From Bacillota bacterium (GTDB taxonomy: Bacteria; Bacillota; UBA4882; UBA8346), in assembly GCA_028282485.1 (NCBI GenBank), contig JANQHU010000414.1, positions 1-25,445 on the forward strand: a stretch of DNA of 25,445 bases. The letters run 5' to 3'. A program made the position numbers and the translations under genes. Of the stretch, positions 21,651 through 25,445 are shown in pieces. Below the pieces are notes generated by a model. It searched no databases. It had not been told where the DNA came from and saw only the letters and a list, made by a program, of their open reading frames with translations. Within the stretch, counting starts at the first letter, position 1. Every line of letters starts with the position of its first letter.

Positions 21651-21680
21651 TAATATAGCCTGTTTTGGGTAGTTATATAC
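21651..21680 (-). promoter_or_regulatory. Candidate sigmaF-type (forespore; sigmaG overlap possible) promoter for DUF4912-GH57
   Basis: Minus strand reads GTATA-N15-GGCTATATTA, matching the B. subtilis sigmaF consensus GYATA-N15-GGnnAnAHTR at every specified position; about 55 nt upstream of the start codon. Confidence 0.7.
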
Positions 21681-21732
21681 AGATTATTTGGTGGTTATTT
21701 GATAAATATTATAAATTAGTTAAGGTTCTCAG

Positions 21733-21762
21733 GCAGGAAATGGCATTATTAGTAGCGAAATT
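21733..21762 (+). promoter_or_regulatory. Candidate sigmaH-type promoter for the FG-GAP gene
   Basis: GCAGGAAAT-N12-AGCGAAATT versus the sigmaH consensus RNAGGAWWW-N11-12-RNNGAATWW; one mismatch in the GAAT core. Confidence 0.45.
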
Positions 21763-21798
21763 TTGAAAAAACTTTTTTTAAAGGTGGTTATTTAAAAA

Positions 21799-22791
21799 TT
21801 GCGCAAAAAATTGCTTTTGATCGGTTTATGTCTATTTGTTATAATTTCCATATCTAATATTACGGCTAAAACCAGAGGTTATACTCGGGTATTAAAGCAA
21901 CCCCGTTTTTTGTGTGAAGCAATTATGAATATCCATGGCAGTGATCTGGATAATAATCAGAAGGGCGAAATTGTATTATTAGGTAAAAATTACATAAAAA
22001 GAGAAACTTACACTTATTTAATTGAGACAAATGACCAATTCAAACCAATAGTTAAGTGGCAAAGTCCAAATTTATTTCAAAAAAGAGGCTTTGTCGGAAT
22101 TGCTCTCGGTAAATTTACTGGAGAGAAAAAGCAACTTTTGGTAGTTAATGAAAGTGGTTATTATATTTATGAAACTGGTAAGAATGGCAAGCTAGCACTC
22201 TTAACCAAGAGAGAATTTGCTTTCCAAAAGACTTTAAATATCACCAGTGGCGATCTTGATGGTGACGGCAGGACCGAATTAATAATTGCCAAAATTGGTC
22301 AAATAACTAGTAAAATATATAACGGACGGTTGCAGATCTGGCAAATTTTAAAGACGGGGCCGGAGTTAATCTTTGAAACTAAATTACTAGGAAATATTCG
22401 GGGGGTGGCGGCTGGTGATATCAATGGTGACTCCCAGGATGAAGTAATTATTGAAGAAGGCAATAAGATGAATCCCGGCAACTTAAGAGTCTTTAGTTGG
22501 GAAAATCAGCAGTTAAGAGAGAGTTATTCTTTAAAAAATAGTATTAAAAAAGCGGTCTTTGGTTTGAAAATCAAGAAAATTTTTGAAAAAGAAGGCTTAG
22601 TCACCGCCTCCTCCCATGGTAAGCTGAATTTTTTTAGTTGGAATGAAGAGATGCTCAAGTTAGAGAAAGAAAAATACTCCTTTAGGTGCGGTCTGGTTGA
22701 CGTGGCTGTCTCCGATTTGAATGGGGATAGTCAACCGGAAATAATTTTAGCAGGTTATCCGAACTCCTTAATAGTTTTATCGAAAAAATAG
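21799..22791 (+). CDS. Secreted FG-GAP/VCBS-like repeat protein (probable beta-propeller; TTG start)
   Basis: Signal peptide MRKKLLLIGLCLFVIISISNITA; repeats DLDNNQKGEIV, GDLDGDGRTELII, GDINGDSQDEVII and SDLNGDSQPEIIL. Confidence 0.8.
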   Translation: MRKKLLLIGLCLFVIISISNITAKTRGYTRVLKQPRFLCEAIMNIHGSDLDNNQKGEIVLLGKNYIKRETYTYLIETNDQFKPIVKWQSPNLFQKRGFVGIALGKFTGEKKQLLVVNESGYYIYETGKNGKLALLTKREFAFQKTLNITSGDLDGDGRTELIIAKIGQITSKIYNGRLQIWQILKTGPELIFETKLLGNIRGVAAGDINGDSQDEVIIEEGNKMNPGNLRVFSWENQQLRESYSLKNSIKKAVFGLKIKKIFEKEGLVTASSHGKLNFFSWNEEMLKLEKEKYSFRCGLVDVAVSDLNGDSQPEIILAGYPNSLIVLSKK

Positions 22792-22945
22792 TAGTTGCTT
22801 TATTAGATGAATTGATGGAAAGTAAAGCAATGAAAAAAATGTTTTTTTATTAATAAAATATGAATTGAAATGCTTAGCTGTAAATAAAATTAATCTGTAG
22901 GATTTTTCTACCACTTATTTTTAAATATAGGGGGTTTTTAGAAAA

Positions 22946-23680
22946 ATGGTAGAAAGTATTCAGCAGACTAAGTGTACGGTCTTATCTTTAAATATGCACG
23001 GGGGTTTAAATTTTAACGGTAAATATGATTTAGATGGTTTAATTAAATTAATTAATAAGTATCAACCGGATATTGTGGGTTTGCAGGAAGTTGGCAGAAA
23101 GTGGTTGGAAGCCAGCAACTTCGCGGATATTCCGGGAGAATTAGCCTTGAAAGTTGGAATGTTTCCGGCTTTTTCTGTTTCTTTAGAGCGACAAGAAAAG
23201 TATTTTGGTAATTTAATTTTAAGTAGGTTTCCCATTCTGCAAAGTAGCATGGCTACTTTACCCGGAGCTTTAGAAAAACGTAGCTATGTCTGGATTAAAA
23301 TTAATTTTTTAGGTAGCAAAGTTAATTTTCTTGTGACTCATTTAGGCTTATCCAAGTCAGATCGTTATTTACAGGCAACAAGGCTACTGGAATTACTTAA
23401 AGAAGAAGATGAAAAAGTGATCATTATGGGAGATTTTAATGAAGAAGATACCGCGGAGGTCGTCGGCTTATTTAAAGCAAAATACATTGATTTCCAAGAA
23501 AAAAAAGGCCTCAAAAGTCAAGGAACTATTATCTTACCCGATGGGAGTATTGGGGCCCGTATTGATTATATTTTTGGATCACCGATAATTTATATAAATA
23601 ATTTTTGGGTATTAAATGAAAAAATATCAGATCATTTACCCATGTTAGCAGAAGTTTTCATAAAAAATCCCTTAAAATAA
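22946..23680 (+). CDS. Endonuclease/exonuclease/phosphatase (EEP) family protein, cytoplasmic
   Basis: SLNMH, PDIVGLQEV, GNLILSRFP, THL, IMGDFN, RIDYIF and SDHLP motifs; no signal peptide. Confidence 0.93.
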   Translation: MVESIQQTKCTVLSLNMHGGLNFNGKYDLDGLIKLINKYQPDIVGLQEVGRKWLEASNFADIPGELALKVGMFPAFSVSLERQEKYFGNLILSRFPILQSSMATLPGALEKRSYVWIKINFLGSKVNFLVTHLGLSKSDRYLQATRLLELLKEEDEKVIIMGDFNEEDTAEVVGLFKAKYIDFQEKKGLKSQGTIILPDGSIGARIDYIFGSPIIYINNFWVLNEKISDHLPMLAEVFIKNPLK

Positions 23681-23823
23681 TTAGGCAAAAGAGGTTGATA
23701 AAGAGTTTGACAAATATTTTATTAAGCAAAATGGAATAAGAGAGCGAAAAAAGAAATATTAGGGAGTAAAATAGAGTAAACTTTAATAAACCAGTTAATT
23801 TGGCCTAAAATAATCCCAAATGC

Positions 23824-23848
23824 AAAAATTAGCTTCTTGCTAATTTTT
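23824..23848. repeat. Perfect 10-bp inverted repeat over the groE -35 box (operator or terminator)
   Basis: AAAAATTAGC-TTCTT-GCTAATTTTT. Confidence 0.85.
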
Positions 23849-23865
23849 AGATTCTTCGATAAAAT
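23837..23865 (+). promoter_or_regulatory. sigmaA promoter of groESL
   Basis: TTGCTA (23837-23842), 17-nt spacer, TAAAAT (23860-23865), immediately upstream of CIRCE as in classical class I heat-shock operons. Confidence 0.75.
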
Positions 23866-23878
23866 CAGTTTGTAACGG

Positions 23879-23905
23879 TTAGCACTCGTTGATAGTGAGT
23901 GCTAA
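23879..23905 (+). promoter_or_regulatory. CIRCE element (HrcA operator)
   Basis: Exact TTAGCACTC-N9-GAGTGCTAA upstream of groES. Confidence 0.98.
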
Positions 23906-23931
23906 CAGCAGAATTTGAGAGGAGGGAAAAA

Positions 23932-24219
23932 ATGAATATTAAACCTTTAGGAGAAAGATTAGTAATCAAAGTTGTGGAGAGCGAAGAACGTACCAAAAGT
24001 GGGATTGTTCTCCCGGATACTGCTAAAGAGAAACCGCAAATGGGTAAAGTTTTAGCAGTGGGAAATGGCAAATTGCTTGAAAATGGCCAAAAAGTAGCCT
24101 TAGAGGTAAAAGTTGGGGATAAAGTACTATTTGCCAAATACGCGGGTACTGAAGTCAAATTAGACGGCGAAGAGTACATGGTGTTAAAAGAAAGCGATAT
24201 CTTAGCTATTGTTGATTAA
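23932..24219 (+). CDS. groES: Co-chaperonin GroES (start corrected from ORF track 23899)
   Basis: [22 protein letters not shown] and KVGDKVLF motifs; SD GGAGGG. Confidence 0.99.
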   Translation: MNIKPLGERLVIKVVESEERTKSGIVLPDTAKEKPQMGKVLAVGNGKLLENGQKVALEVKVGDKVLFAKYAGTEVKLDGEEYMVLKESDILAIVD

Positions 24220-24229
24220 TAGTAATTAA

Positions 24230-25445
<1,216 letters not shown>

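Noticed and set aside
22795-22858. TTGCTTTA/TAAAGCAA repeat and TTTTATTAATAAAA palindrome after the FG-GAP gene
   Set aside because: AT-rich, 20-nt loop, no adjacent U-tract; too weak to call a terminator or operator.
22897-22926. GTAGGATTT sigmaH-like -35 upstream of the EEP gene
   Set aside because: No GAAT-type -10 at the required distance.
23707-23712. Perfect TTGACA in the EEP-groES spacer
   Set aside because: No TAnnnT-like -10 at 16-18 nt spacing.
23722-23868. 48-codon hydrophobic minus-strand ORF starting at CTG
   Set aside because: CTG start, no SD, overlaps the groE promoter; hydrophobicity follows from the A-rich plus strand.

Overview
This is a core-genome window of a low-GC Bacillota (Firmicutes), clostridial-type organism; the exact lineage cannot be determined from the sequence. 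Bases 1-15838 hold the 3' end of tuf followed by the complete, co-linear S10-spc-alpha ribosomal protein supercluster (rpsJ to rplQ, including secY, adk, map, a KOW-domain gene, infA, rpmJ, rpsD and rpoA). truA follows rplQ directly, without the ecfAA'T genes before it or rplM-rpsI after it. Between truA and the CIRCE-controlled groES-groEL operon (groEL truncated by the window edge) lies a roughly 7 kb accessory block: a 725-aa signal-peptide plus multi-pass membrane protein, a minus-strand DUF4912 + GH57 branching-enzyme operon, a secreted FG-GAP-repeat protein and an EEP-family phosphoesterase. The most notable observations are: (1) an exact sigmaF-type forespore promoter match in front of the DUF4912-GH57 operon, back-to-back with a sigmaH-like promoter; (2) a 9-aa insertion in L14 at the loop that contacts 16S helix 44; (3) a candidate internal sigmaA promoter between rpsH and rplF; and (4) several structured spacers. 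No rRNA, tRNA, CRISPR array or mobile element was seen. All domain and promoter calls come from motif recognition by eye, not from database searches.
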